In this document: one piece after another, positions 20,829 to 29,256 of the stretch
Position numbering within the stretch: the first letter of the stretch is position 1
How the letters are laid out: each line of letters starts with the position of its first letter
NCBI GenBank assembly: GCA_026015185.1
Contig: JAOZGX010000047.1
Coordinates: 3,475 to 67,474 of the forward strand
Length of the DNA stretch: 64,000 bases
Direction of reading: 5' to 3'
Source: Candidatus Bathyarchaeota archaeon
GTDB taxonomy: Archaea > Thermoproteota > Bathyarchaeia > 40CM-2-53-6 > RBG-13-38-9
The notes under the pieces: generated by a model
What the model saw: the letters and a program-made list of their open reading frames with translations, nothing else
The model's database searches: none
What the model was told of the DNA's origin: nothing
Position numbers and translations under genes: made by a program

Positions 20829-21509
20829 TTATTTTATTTTTGGTGTTTCCAAAAATATTTCCTTATTTGCCATTTTAGCAATCTTAAGATTATTAGTGGT
20901 CAATAAGACCGTACGATCTCGTAAATGTTTAAGGCCTTTTAGAAATGGAATAAAGGTATTTATTGTTGGAGAATCAAGATTGGATACTGGCTCATCCAAG
21001 ATAAGAATTGGTGGATCCAAGATAAGTGCGCGAGCGATCTCAGTTTTTTTTCTTTCACCAGCACTGATTTCATTTGGTAGGAACTTGGATTTTTTTGATA
21101 TTCCAAAAAATTCCAGTAGCTCTTTAACTCGAGATTTCTGCTCAGAAAATGGAATCTTTTTTAGTAGCATTGGCAATTGGATGTTCTCATAAACAGTAAG
21201 ATCAGATATCAAAGTTGATGTTTGAAGAACTAATCCCATTTTTTCTAATCTTAGTCTTGTTATCTTTCTATCTCCAATTTTTGATAAATCTTGGCCAATA
21301 ACAGATATAACTCCCTCGCTCGGTTTTTCCAATCCTGTTAAAATATTTACTAGAGTAGTCTTTCCGGTTCCGCCCTCTCCAATAATTACAATAAAGTCTT
21401 TCTCATTTAAGCTGAAATTAAGACCATTAAAGAGACGCACAGCTAATCCATTCCTTTCGAACCTTTTATGCAGATTCTCAACATTGATCAGATATTCAAA
21501 ATCTTTCAT
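20829..21509 (-). CDS. ABC ATP-binding protein, FtsE/LolD/MacB type, with degenerate motifs
   Basis: Walker A 'GEGGTGKT', 'LTVYENIQLP', signature 'ISAGERKK', Walker B 'ILILDEP', H-loop position reads 'TTNN'. Confidence 0.88.
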   Translation of the reverse strand: MKDFEYLINVENLHKRFERNGLAVRLFNGLNFSLNEKDFIVIIGEGGTGKTTLVNILTGLEKPSEGVISVIGQDLSKIGDRKITRLRLEKMGLVLQTSTLISDLTVYENIQLPMLLKKIPFSEQKSRVKELLEFFGISKKSKFLPNEISAGERKKTEIARALILDPPILILDEPVSNLDSPTINTFIPFLKGLKHLRDRTVLLTTNNLKIAKMANKEIFLETPKIK

Positions 21510-22000
21510 CGATTAAGCATCTCAGGAATATTCAATTTGGATATTTTTATCAGAGGGGATAGGCAACCAATTAAAGCTGAGATCATAACAAGAATCAATA
21601 CATCTATTATCAGCATCAATCTAGGTGCTACATTAAATAATATCATAAGAGCGATATTTCCGATAACAAATCCTATTATCGATCCTATTAAACCTATGAT
21701 TAGAGATTTGATAATAAAAAAGGTCCATAAAAAGAGCCTTTGGAATCCAATTGCACGAAAGATACTTATATCTCGGGTTCTTTGTGCAAATTCTGAATTC
21801 ATGCATAAGATAATCACACTTGTTATCAGCAATACAGCTGAAGCCATGAGAATATAATTTAATGATTGCATATTGAGCGTATTCAATTCTGTTGTAATCA
21901 CAATTAACAATACTATAGTACCTACATTCAATAATCCCAAAATTAGATTGGGAGATCGAATTTTGAATACCTGCCTAAAAATAAAAAGAAATGTGTTCAT
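21506..22000 (-). CDS. Minimal FtsX-like ABC permease (about 4 TM, no large extracellular domain)
   Basis: 'QRTRDISIFRAIGF...F..KSLIIGLIGSIIG..IG' FtsX/MacB signature and '..P...ISKLNIPEML' tail; ATGA overlap with the ATPase. Confidence 0.82.
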   Translation of the reverse strand: MNTFLFIFRQVFKIRSPNLILGLLNVGTIVLLIVITTELNTLNMQSLNYILMASAVLLITSVIILCMNSEFAQRTRDISIFRAIGFQRLFLWTFFIIKSLIIGLIGSIIGFVIGNIALMILFNVAPRLMLIIDVLILVMISALIGCLSPLIKISKLNIPEMLNR

Positions 22001-22007
22001 TTTATCA

Positions 22008-22490
22008 TCAACCCATACTGACGTCTTTAGTCAGTAATTTTAGGAAGTTTCCAGAATCTCTATTTCCATAGGTCTTTATGACAGGGGCAGTATATTCCAT
22101 CTTAACATTGAAGATTTTAAGTTTCGATATTGCCTCATTAATTTCAGCTTTATCTTTGCCTACTAGAAGAATTATGCTTTCAGGAGAGCCTAAAGAGCTT
22201 ATCACTTTCATTGTTTGAGGGATCGCCATAATTTTTTTGAGTATTTCTTCTCTCTCAGAGTTTGGTGGAAGAGTCAATCCTACATACATTTGTTCATTTA
22301 GGCCAAGTTTTTCAAAATCCAATTCCACAGTATAATCCTTAATTATTCCTTGCTTCTCCATTTTGTTTATTCTATATGCTACAACGTTTGGATGAAGGTT
22401 TAGTTTTTTGCCGATCTTAACAAGTGAGGTTTTAGAGTTCTCAATTAATTCAGACAAAATCTTTAAATCAATATAATCAATGAACTTCAT
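22008..22490 (-). CDS. Lrp/AsnC family transcriptional regulator
   Basis: 'IDYIDLKILSEL.ENSK.SL..IGKKLNLH..VV.YRI.KME..GIIKDY...LDF.KLG'. Confidence 0.9.
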   Translation of the reverse strand: MKFIDYIDLKILSELIENSKTSLVKIGKKLNLHPNVVAYRINKMEKQGIIKDYTVELDFEKLGLNEQMYVGLTLPPNSEREEILKKIMAIPQTMKVISSLGSPESIILLVGKDKAEINEAISKLKIFNVKMEYTAPVIKTYGNRDSGNFLKLLTKDVSMG

Positions 22491-22505
22491 CTAATTACCC
22501 CCATA

Positions 22506-23654
22506 TTAAAGAGCTTTAAACTCCTCAAACCACTTCTCATAATGCCTGATAGTATTAGGAGAAATGCTTGGTTTTCTTCTCTTGAAAATTTCTGAGAAAT
22601 CATTCATGTCAATATATCTTGGAGCAGTATTCTTGTCTTCCGGATTGCCATTCTCAAATAGATCTCTTACCACTTTGATTTGAGCTGATTGAAAGATATC
22701 TCTTATATCGCTTCCAGAGTAGCCAGCAGTCATTTTTGAAAGTTCATTGAAATCAACATTGGGAGATATCTTAAGATTTTTTGAAAACAGCTTAAACATT
22801 TCTGATCTTGATATAGCATCAGGTAAAGGAACAAAGATCCTTTTCTGAAACCTTCTAATGAATGGGTGATCCAGTGCCCAAGGTTTATTGGTGGCACCTA
22901 TAACGTAAGAATGTGTAGATTGGTTTTTGTCCAAAATCCCGTCCATTTCTTTAAGAAATTGATTTCTCGCTCTAGCTTCGCCACCCACTTCACCAACACT
23001 ATATCTAACTAAAGAATCTATCTCATCAATGAAAATGATCGCTGGTTGATCATTAGTGCTTTTTTTCTTAGCATCTTTAAAAAGTTGTGCAACATTCTTT
23101 TCGGATTCACCAAGCCATTTTGACATTATTGAAGCTGCATCGACACAAAAGAAAGTTGCATCGATTTCGGTAGCAATAGCCGCAGCCAGTAATGTTTTTC
23201 CACAACCAGGAGGACCAAAAAACAATATACCTCCTGGCCACCCAAGTGGAAACAGATCAGGTCTTTTTGCAGGAAAAACTATTGATTCTTCTATAGCCTT
23301 TTTTGCTACTTTTAAATTAGCAATGTCGCTCCATCTAACGGAGGGCTTTTCGGTCAATACTAATTGATCAAATTTAGCTTTACCTTCATCAGAGGGTAAT
23401 AAAGTTGAGTCTTGACTTTCTGGTTGGCCACTTAAGGATTCAATCCTTTTTTTGTAAGACTCCACATGTTCCATGTATATTTTATTTTGAGGTGAATTCG
23501 GATATAGTGCACAAAGTTTCAGTAAAATTTCAATAGCCCTTTGAAATTTTGCAGTCGCTAATCCTCTGGAACCTTGTTGATCTAATTGAATAGCCTCTGA
23601 AGCATATTTGACAGCTAATTTTTCTAATTCTTCAGAAGCGGACATAAACACCAC
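22506..23654 (-). CDS. cdvC: Vps4/CdvC AAA+ ATPase with N-terminal MIT domain
   Basis: MIT 'A..YA.EA..LD..G....A...F..AIE.L', 'GPPGCGKT', 'SKWLGESEK', 'IIFIDEID', 'ATNKPW', 'RRFQKRI'. Confidence 0.93.
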   Translation of the reverse strand: MVFMSASEELEKLAVKYASEAIQLDQQGSRGLATAKFQRAIEILLKLCALYPNSPQNKIYMEHVESYKKRIESLSGQPESQDSTLLPSDEGKAKFDQLVLTEKPSVRWSDIANLKVAKKAIEESIVFPAKRPDLFPLGWPGGILFFGPPGCGKTLLAAAIATEIDATFFCVDAASIMSKWLGESEKNVAQLFKDAKKKSTNDQPAIIFIDEIDSLVRYSVGEVGGEARARNQFLKEMDGILDKNQSTHSYVIGATNKPWALDHPFIRRFQKRIFVPLPDAISRSEMFKLFSKNLKISPNVDFNELSKMTAGYSGSDIRDIFQSAQIKVVRDLFENGNPEDKNTAPRYIDMNDFSEIFKRRKPSISPNTIRHYEKWFEEFKAL

Positions 23655-23678
23655 AAGACCATTTTTTATTCAAGCTTA

Positions 23679-24464
23679 TTATTCGATTATCACTTTTCCT
23701 TCCTTTTTCAGGTAATCTACCGCTCTTTTCACATCCTCTGGAGTAACTTCTAACCAAGAGGCACATTCTGTAATGCTTAAATCACCTTTACGTTCTTTCA
23801 GATAATCATAAACTCGCTCATACAATGGCAATGCTTCTCCATCCGTTGTTAAAGCTACAGGTTCAGGTTTGTTTGACTCTTTGGAGAATGTTGGGAAATC
23901 TGGTATATCGGGGAATTGTTCTTTAATTCTCTGTTCAGCAAGTATATTTGATTCTTCTAAAACCTTTTTTGCTTCTTGATTTGCAGCAACTTCCTCAATA
24001 TTTCTTACCGATGGTACAGCTGCTTCGGTACTTAACTCGTTTAGCATAGAGTTGACATCTTCAATACCACTAGCCACTTCGGGAACAAAATCTGAAATCC
24101 TATTTTCAGTTTCTTTTAAAATGCTCATTACTGGGTTTAGATTTGTCAGAACGTCTTTAAATTCGGAAATCCTTTGAAGTCTAATAACAACCTTTTCTAA
24201 AGAAAGCTGACTACTTATTGCTAGTTTTACCATTTTCCGTATTTCTGCACATTCATTCGCATAGATTTTTGCATGTGAAAAATCCTTAGTAACTTGAGCG
24301 CCTACACACTTTTGGAGGATTTCTTTGTCTCTTTGCTTAAGTTTTGATATAGAGTTTTCTAGGTTTTCTAATTGATCATTGAGCTGGTAAATTACCTGCG
24401 ATAATTTATCTTTAAGAGATTTAGAGGGGAGAATCTTTCCCTTTATCCTCTCGAGGATTGAAAT
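23679..24464 (-). CDS. cdvB: CdvB (ESCRT-III) with C-terminal winged-helix domain; probable ATT start
   Basis: Frame extends 77 codons upstream of the track ATG through 'AKIYANECAEIRKM' to ATT 24464 after GGAGG; MIM2-like 'FPDIPDFP'; wH 'VYDYLKERKG.LSITECA..L......VKRAV..L...G'. Confidence 0.88.
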   Translation of the reverse strand: MSILERIKGKILPSKSLKDKLSQVIYQLNDQLENLENSISKLKQRDKEILQKCVGAQVTKDFSHAKIYANECAEIRKMVKLAISSQLSLEKVVIRLQRISEFKDVLTNLNPVMSILKETENRISDFVPEVASGIEDVNSMLNELSTEAAVPSVRNIEEVAANQEAKKVLEESNILAEQRIKEQFPDIPDFPTFSKESNKPEPVALTTDGEALPLYERVYDYLKERKGDLSITECASWLEVTPEDVKRAVDYLKKEGKVIIE

Positions 24465-24465
24465 C

Positions 24466-25458
24466 TCAAAAATCCTCCCTTATTTTAACTATAATTTTAT
24501 CTTTTGGTTCATCTGAAGTTGTTTGGGTTTCTTCTTCCTCAATGGTTGAAGAAGTCATGTCGTCTTTTGGTTCTTCTGAAGTGGCCTGGGTTTCTTCTTC
24601 ATCTATGGTTTCTTCTTTATCCGTGGTTTCTTCTTCTTCCTCTTCTTCTTCCTCTGTTGAAGTTACATCATCCTTTAATTCTTCGTCATCCGTGGTTTTT
24701 TCTTCATCCATGCTTGTAGAGGTCATGTATTCCTTTGATTCATCTAAAGTTGTTTGGGTTTCTTCTTCCTCAATGGTTGAAGAAGTCATGTCGTCTTTTG
24801 GTTCTTCTGAAGTGGCCTGGGTTTCTTCTTCCTCTGTTGTTGAAATAACTACCTTAGTTTCGTCAAAGCTAATAATTTCTTTAGAAATGTCATCAATCTT
24901 ATTTTTCTCTTTTAGTGCACTCTCAATATGCTTTTGGATGATTTCTTGACAAGGTTTGAATGTCACCTCGTCCATTTCTCCCGAATGAAATTGCATTTTA
25001 TTATTGGCAAAAATAATTTGAAGTTCATTTATTTTATTGATCAGATCTTCCTTTCTCTTTTCTGCTTTTTCTAAAATATTTTCACGCGACTCTTTTATTT
25101 TTGAAAATGAGCTTTCATAATTGCTTTTCAATGATTTATAGAATTCTTCACGTATTTCTCCAGATTTATAAAGTTCATCTAGTGCATTGATTCTCTTTCT
25201 CAAAGTATTAAGCTGTCTTAGTATCCCTTTTGCCTCTTTTTCCCATGGCGGCAGGCAAATAATTCGCCCTTGCTCAATAGCCACTTGATTTATAGGGTAC
25301 TCAATGAATTCGCCTTTTCCTGATAGTGTCTTAATGGATTCAGCTTTATTATTAGCATCTAACTCAAGATTAATTATCTTGCCTATTGTTCTTCCGTAGG
25401 CATCAAAAACAGACTCGCCTAAGTATTTCTTAATTTCTTCCAAATTTTTTTCCTCCAA
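24466..25458 (-). CDS. cdvA: CdvA with long acidic repeat linker and C-terminal beta-strand motif
   Basis: PRC barrel 'YLGESVFDAYGRTIGKI', 'LPPWEKEA', coiled coil, Glu/Thr-rich repeats, terminal 'KIIVKIREDF'. Confidence 0.87.
   Translation of the reverse strand: MEEKNLEEIKKYLGESVFDAYGRTIGKIINLELDANNKAESIKTLSGKGEFIEYPINQVAIEQGRIICLPPWEKEAKGILRQLNTLRKRINALDELYKSGEIREEFYKSLKSNYESSFSKIKESRENILEKAEKRKEDLINKINELQIIFANNKMQFHSGEMDEVTFKPCQEIIQKHIESALKEKNKIDDISKEIISFDETKVVISTTEEEETQATSEEPKDDMTSSTIEEEETQTTLDESKEYMTSTSMDEEKTTDDEELKDDVTSTEEEEEEEEETTDKEETIDEEETQATSEEPKDDMTSSTIEEEETQTTSDEPKDKIIVKIREDF
24516..24831. repeat. Perfect 85-bp direct repeat (24516-24600 and 24747-24831) within the CdvA acidic tail
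   Basis: Identical DNA encoding 'EEETQATSEEPKDDMTSSTIEEEETQTT'; degenerate ~20-aa units lie between the copies. Confidence 0.9.
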
Positions 25459-25474
25459 TTTTATTTTTTTAATA

Positions 25475-26143
25475 TCAGGTTTGTGATTGTTCTCTGGTTC
25501 TATAATCCGAGGCTTGAGTGGAATCTGATTCCATAGATGTAAAGTCTGGGAATTTCTCTTTCACTCTCTGCTCAGCCACTGTTTCAGCCTCGCCTAAAAT
25601 TTTGCTAGCTTCTGAGCTTGGTGCTTCTGTATTAATATCTTGACCAGTGGCTTCACCTATCTCAACTACCATACCATTGAGTGTCTCCCCAATATCATCA
25701 AGTTCATAGGACATTTCAGGCATTATACCACTGATTTGTGTCTTCACAGATCTCACGACTTCGGTAACAGGTCCCATTAAAGCAGCAAATTCTCCAAATT
25801 CACGAATTGTTTCTAATCTTAATGATACTTGTTCTAAGGCAAGTTGACTCCTAAGAGTTATTGCAGCCATCTTTCTTACTTCAGCACACTCATTAGCGTA
25901 CATGGCAGCTCGAGCAGAGTCTTTTGTCATTTGGGATGAGACACATTTATCAAATAATTCTCTGTCGTGTCGTTGCATCCTCATTACAGCATTTTCTAGC
26001 TTATTTTGTTGAGTTCGTAACCGGTAAATAGTTTTCGAAATTTTTTCCTTAAGACTCGGTTGCTGCTGTAGTATACCTGAGAATTTTATATTAACGGGTG
26101 GACTTTCATCTTTATCCCAGTTTTTTATCCTATTACTTGGCAA
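25475..26143 (-). CDS. cdvB: ESCRT-III/Snf7 family protein (CdvB1/B2-like, no winged helix)
   Basis: 'RAAMYANECAEVRK', 'QLALEQVSLRLETIREFG', 'EASKIL.EA..VAEQRVKEKFP'. Confidence 0.9.
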   Translation of the reverse strand: MPSNRIKNWDKDESPPVNIKFSGILQQQPSLKEKISKTIYRLRTQQNKLENAVMRMQRHDRELFDKCVSSQMTKDSARAAMYANECAEVRKMAAITLRSQLALEQVSLRLETIREFGEFAALMGPVTEVVRSVKTQISGIMPEMSYELDDIGETLNGMVVEIGEATGQDINTEAPSSEASKILGEAETVAEQRVKEKFPDFTSMESDSTQASDYRTREQSQT

Positions 26144-26412
26144 TTTAATTCCTCAATTTGTGATTCTCATGAATAGTTTTTGATAAATACAAAAAATACG
26201 GCAGAATCCTTTAAGATTAATAAAAGGAATATGTAAAAAACTAAGAAAATAACTAGAAGATTTCTCATAATTTCGTCTTAAATAGACTAGCCTAAGTGTT
26301 GGTTGAAAAAGAGCCAGATTGTCTTATTCAATAATAAAACTTAAGTAAAACTCAAGTAGGCTATGAATCTTGAAAGAGTGCGTATTCAAGGAATGCAAGG
26401 AGGTGAAATTGC

Positions 26413-26751
26413 ATGTCTGAAAGTTCAAATGATACAGAGAAAGAGGCAGAAGTAGCACCAAAAGCAAGAACTCCTATCCCCCCAGACACCATACTAATAG
26501 GTAGCAAGCCAGTCATGGCCTATGCAACGGCTGTTATGATGCATTTCCATGGAGGTAGGAATACCTTAACTATTAAAGCCAGAGGTAGAGCCATTAGCAG
26601 AGCAGTCGATGTAGTCGAAGTTGTACGAAGGAGGTTCTTTGGAGGTAAATTAGCAGTCAAAGATGTACAAATTGGAACCCAAGCTCTAGGTGAGGGCGGA
26701 GACGTAAGGAACGTATCTACAATAGAAATCAAAGTGGAGAAAAAAGATTAA
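26413..26751 (+). CDS. albA: DNA/RNA-binding protein Alba
   Basis: 'ILIGSKPVMAY', 'IKARGRAISRAVDVVE', 'NVSTIEI'; SD GGAGGTGA. Confidence 0.95.
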   Translation: MSESSNDTEKEAEVAPKARTPIPPDTILIGSKPVMAYATAVMMHFHGGRNTLTIKARGRAISRAVDVVEVVRRRFFGGKLAVKDVQIGTQALGEGGDVRNVSTIEIKVEKKD

Positions 26752-26995
26752 ATCGAAAATATTTAATGCGAAGAATTTAACTCGTCGTTAATCGAAACTC
26801 CCATTTGAAATTTTTTTCCTTTATTTTTTCACTATTAAAAGCGCAGATCAAAGCTATTCTAACATCATAGGCTAATTCTGCATCTCTACTTGCACACTAT
26901 TCATTTTTTAACTCAGCGTGAGCGTTAAACTATAAATAAATGATGCCTACAGTCTTTACTAATTCAAATTTGCAGTTCAGGATGGTAAGAAACAA

Positions 26996-27991
26996 ATGCC
27001 AAAAAAAAAGGTTAAAGTAGCTGTTGCTGGGCTCGGATTCGTTGGTGGTCAAGCTCATGCTCCTGCATTCAAAAAAATTACAAATGCAGATTTAGTTGCT
27101 GTAATAGATGTGATAGAAGAAAGTGCACAAAAATTTGCTTCAAAATATAATATAAAATATTATTTGGATCATAATGAAGCGCTTAAAGATCCTGAGATCG
27201 ATGCTGTAGTAGTAGCTGTTCCCACTCCTTTTCACTTCCAGATAGTTACAGATTGTATAGCTAATGGTAAGCATGTACTTTGTGAAATGCCTTTAACGCC
27301 AACTGTAGATCAGTCTAAGAAATTAGGAAATGATGCAAAAAAGGCTGGAGTAATATTGATGCCTGATCTGAATTTTAGATTTACGCCAAACTATGTCAAA
27401 GCAAAAGAGTTAATCCTACAGGGAGCTATTGGAAATCCTATAACGATTAATTTCAGTGAATTTATTCCAGCAAAAGATTTGGCAAAACAATGGCCATCTG
27501 GATCATGGGCTTGGGATATTGAAAAAAGTGGAGGATACCCAGATTTTACACTTTCAGTCTGGTCTATTGATTTGGCAAGATGGATAACTGATGCTGAGAT
27601 TAATGATGTTGATTGGTTTTCAAATTATTCGCCGTTGGAAGGAATCGAAAATTATCGTGGATATAATACAACAGGCATTATAAAATTATCAAATGGAGCA
27701 GTCGGAACCTTGCATTACTGTGCAACGGTTGCATCAGGATTAGGAACTAGTAGATTGGAGATTTTTGGCGATAATACTAATGTTCTGGAGGCAAAATGGA
27801 ACAATCATCTAAAAATATCAGGAGCATCATCAGAATTAGAATGGAATTTCAAAGAAAAAGGTACTAGAGTCTGGGGTCACTATCAGATCGATTCGCATTT
27901 TGTGGATTGTATCCTGCAAAAAAAGAAACCGGAAGTAACAGTTGAGGATGCTGTTAAGGCGCAAACCATAGCTTCTAAAATGATAAAATAA
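26996..27991 (+). CDS. Gfo/Idh/MocA family oxidoreductase
   Basis: 'VAGLGFVG', 'IDAVVVAVP..FH', 'GKHVLCEMP', 'NFRFTP'. Confidence 0.9.
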   Translation: MPKKKVKVAVAGLGFVGGQAHAPAFKKITNADLVAVIDVIEESAQKFASKYNIKYYLDHNEALKDPEIDAVVVAVPTPFHFQIVTDCIANGKHVLCEMPLTPTVDQSKKLGNDAKKAGVILMPDLNFRFTPNYVKAKELILQGAIGNPITINFSEFIPAKDLAKQWPSGSWAWDIEKSGGYPDFTLSVWSIDLARWITDAEINDVDWFSNYSPLEGIENYRGYNTTGIIKLSNGAVGTLHYCATVASGLGTSRLEIFGDNTNVLEAKWNNHLKISGASSELEWNFKEKGTRVWGHYQIDSHFVDCILQKKKPEVTVEDAVKAQTIASKMIK

Positions 27992-28014
27992 ATTAAAATT
28001 TTAAACACTAAGCG

Positions 28015-28554
28015 CTAGAAGATAGAGTATGACTTTCGAATGTCTTCTGGTGCCTCAATTACTTTGATTCCTTTCATGCCCTTCAATTTTTCTGTGTTCT
28101 CGATATCTATATCTCTCATAATGAGTGTTTTTTCTTCACCTGTAGGTAGTAGAGTAGTTGTTTTACCAGGTTTTTGATCTACTGGTAGAATTATTATTTC
28201 TATACCTCCCTTTTGAGCTTGAGCTACTGCATTAGTTATCAAAGTATCTGCTATTCCATGTACTATTTTTGCCACAGTATTTGCTGTCGCAGGAGCTACT
28301 AGTAAACTATTATACTTACCAACCTGCAAAGGTCCAGCAATAAATGGGCTATTTGCATTGTATTCGAATAACACTCTTTTAGATATCTTCTCAATGCGTT
28401 CGCTTAACTTATACCAATTTACAACCATCTTGGCAGCTTTGGATAGACAAGTTGTTATCTCTACTTTACCTGTATCAACCAATTTCTCTAATTCTTCAGT
28501 AACCTCTGGTAGTAAATCGCCGGAACCTGTTATTCCCCATACTATCTTTATCAT
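28015..28554 (-). CDS. afpA: Archaeoflavoprotein AfpA-like flavoprotein
   Basis: 'WGITGSG', 'ANSPFIAGPLQVGKY', 'APATANTVAKIVHGIADTL.TNA'. Confidence 0.82.
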   Translation of the reverse strand: MIKIVWGITGSGDLLPEVTEELEKLVDTGKVEITTCLSKAAKMVVNWYKLSERIEKISKRVLFEYNANSPFIAGPLQVGKYNSLLVAPATANTVAKIVHGIADTLITNAVAQAQKGGIEIIILPVDQKPGKTTTLLPTGEEKTLIMRDIDIENTEKLKGMKGIKVIEAPEDIRKSYSIF

Positions 28555-28572
28555 TAAGAAGATCCCATTCCA

Positions 28573-29181
28573 TTAACTTTTCATTATTTCCAACATCTTG
28601 GCTAATCTATCGACCATTTTATAGATGCTTTTTAATCCTACTGAATCTTCTTTTGCACCTTCTACCATTTTGTCTTTTGACCAAATTGTGCCTCCCAAAT
28701 TCGCTCCAAAAGCGCCACCACCGACAGGTATCATTTCGTTTATTATAAAAAAATCCATTATTGTCTTAATAGAAGGTTCTTGACCTCCTACGCGATCGCC
28801 ACCAACGGCTATCGCACCTCCGATCTTATTCTTTAATATGCTAGGATTTTTTGCAGATATCGCCCTACAACGATCAAGAATAGTTTTTGTCTGTGCACTT
28901 AGATTTCCCTGATAAACGGGTGTACCGATTATCCATGCATTAGCATTCTCCATCATTGAATAAATTTTCGCAAGATCGTCTTTGAAAACACAGCCTTTCT
29001 TTGTTTTTACACAATGGTCACAATGAATACAAAATTTTACTTCCTTACCAGCTACTGTAAAATATTCCGTTCTTAAATTATGTTTGTCCTCTGCCCATTT
29101 CAAAGCAGCTTTTACCACAAAATCTGTGGAAGCTATACGAGGACTTCCACAAATGCCTAAAAGGAGCATCTTATTTTCCAT
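28573..29181 (-). CDS. Iron-sulfur flavoprotein/NADPH-dependent FMN reductase (flavodoxin fold)
   Basis: 'GSPR', 'CIHCDHC.....C', 'GTPVY', 'GGQE'. Confidence 0.88.
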   Translation of the reverse strand: MENKMLLLGICGSPRIASTDFVVKAALKWAEDKHNLRTEYFTVAGKEVKFCIHCDHCVKTKKGCVFKDDLAKIYSMMENANAWIIGTPVYQGNLSAQTKTILDRCRAISAKNPSILKNKIGGAIAVGGDRVGGQEPSIKTIMDFFIINEMIPVGGGAFGANLGGTIWSKDKMVEGAKEDSVGLKSIYKMVDRLAKMLEIMKS

Positions 29182-29256
29182 AAAGAACTATTCCTTTTAT
29201 TTAGAACAAGTTCGACTATTATTTCAGATTACAAAATTTCCTATCTATCCATTACA

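Noticed and set aside
24516-24831. Possible CRISPR-like repeat array
   Set aside because: Repeats are in-frame coding duplications with no constant repeat/unique spacer pattern and no cas genes nearby
24458-24949. 163-aa Ser/Val-rich plus-strand ORF (and 24504-24719)
   Set aside because: Antisense shadow of the low-complexity Glu/Thr repeat in cdvA
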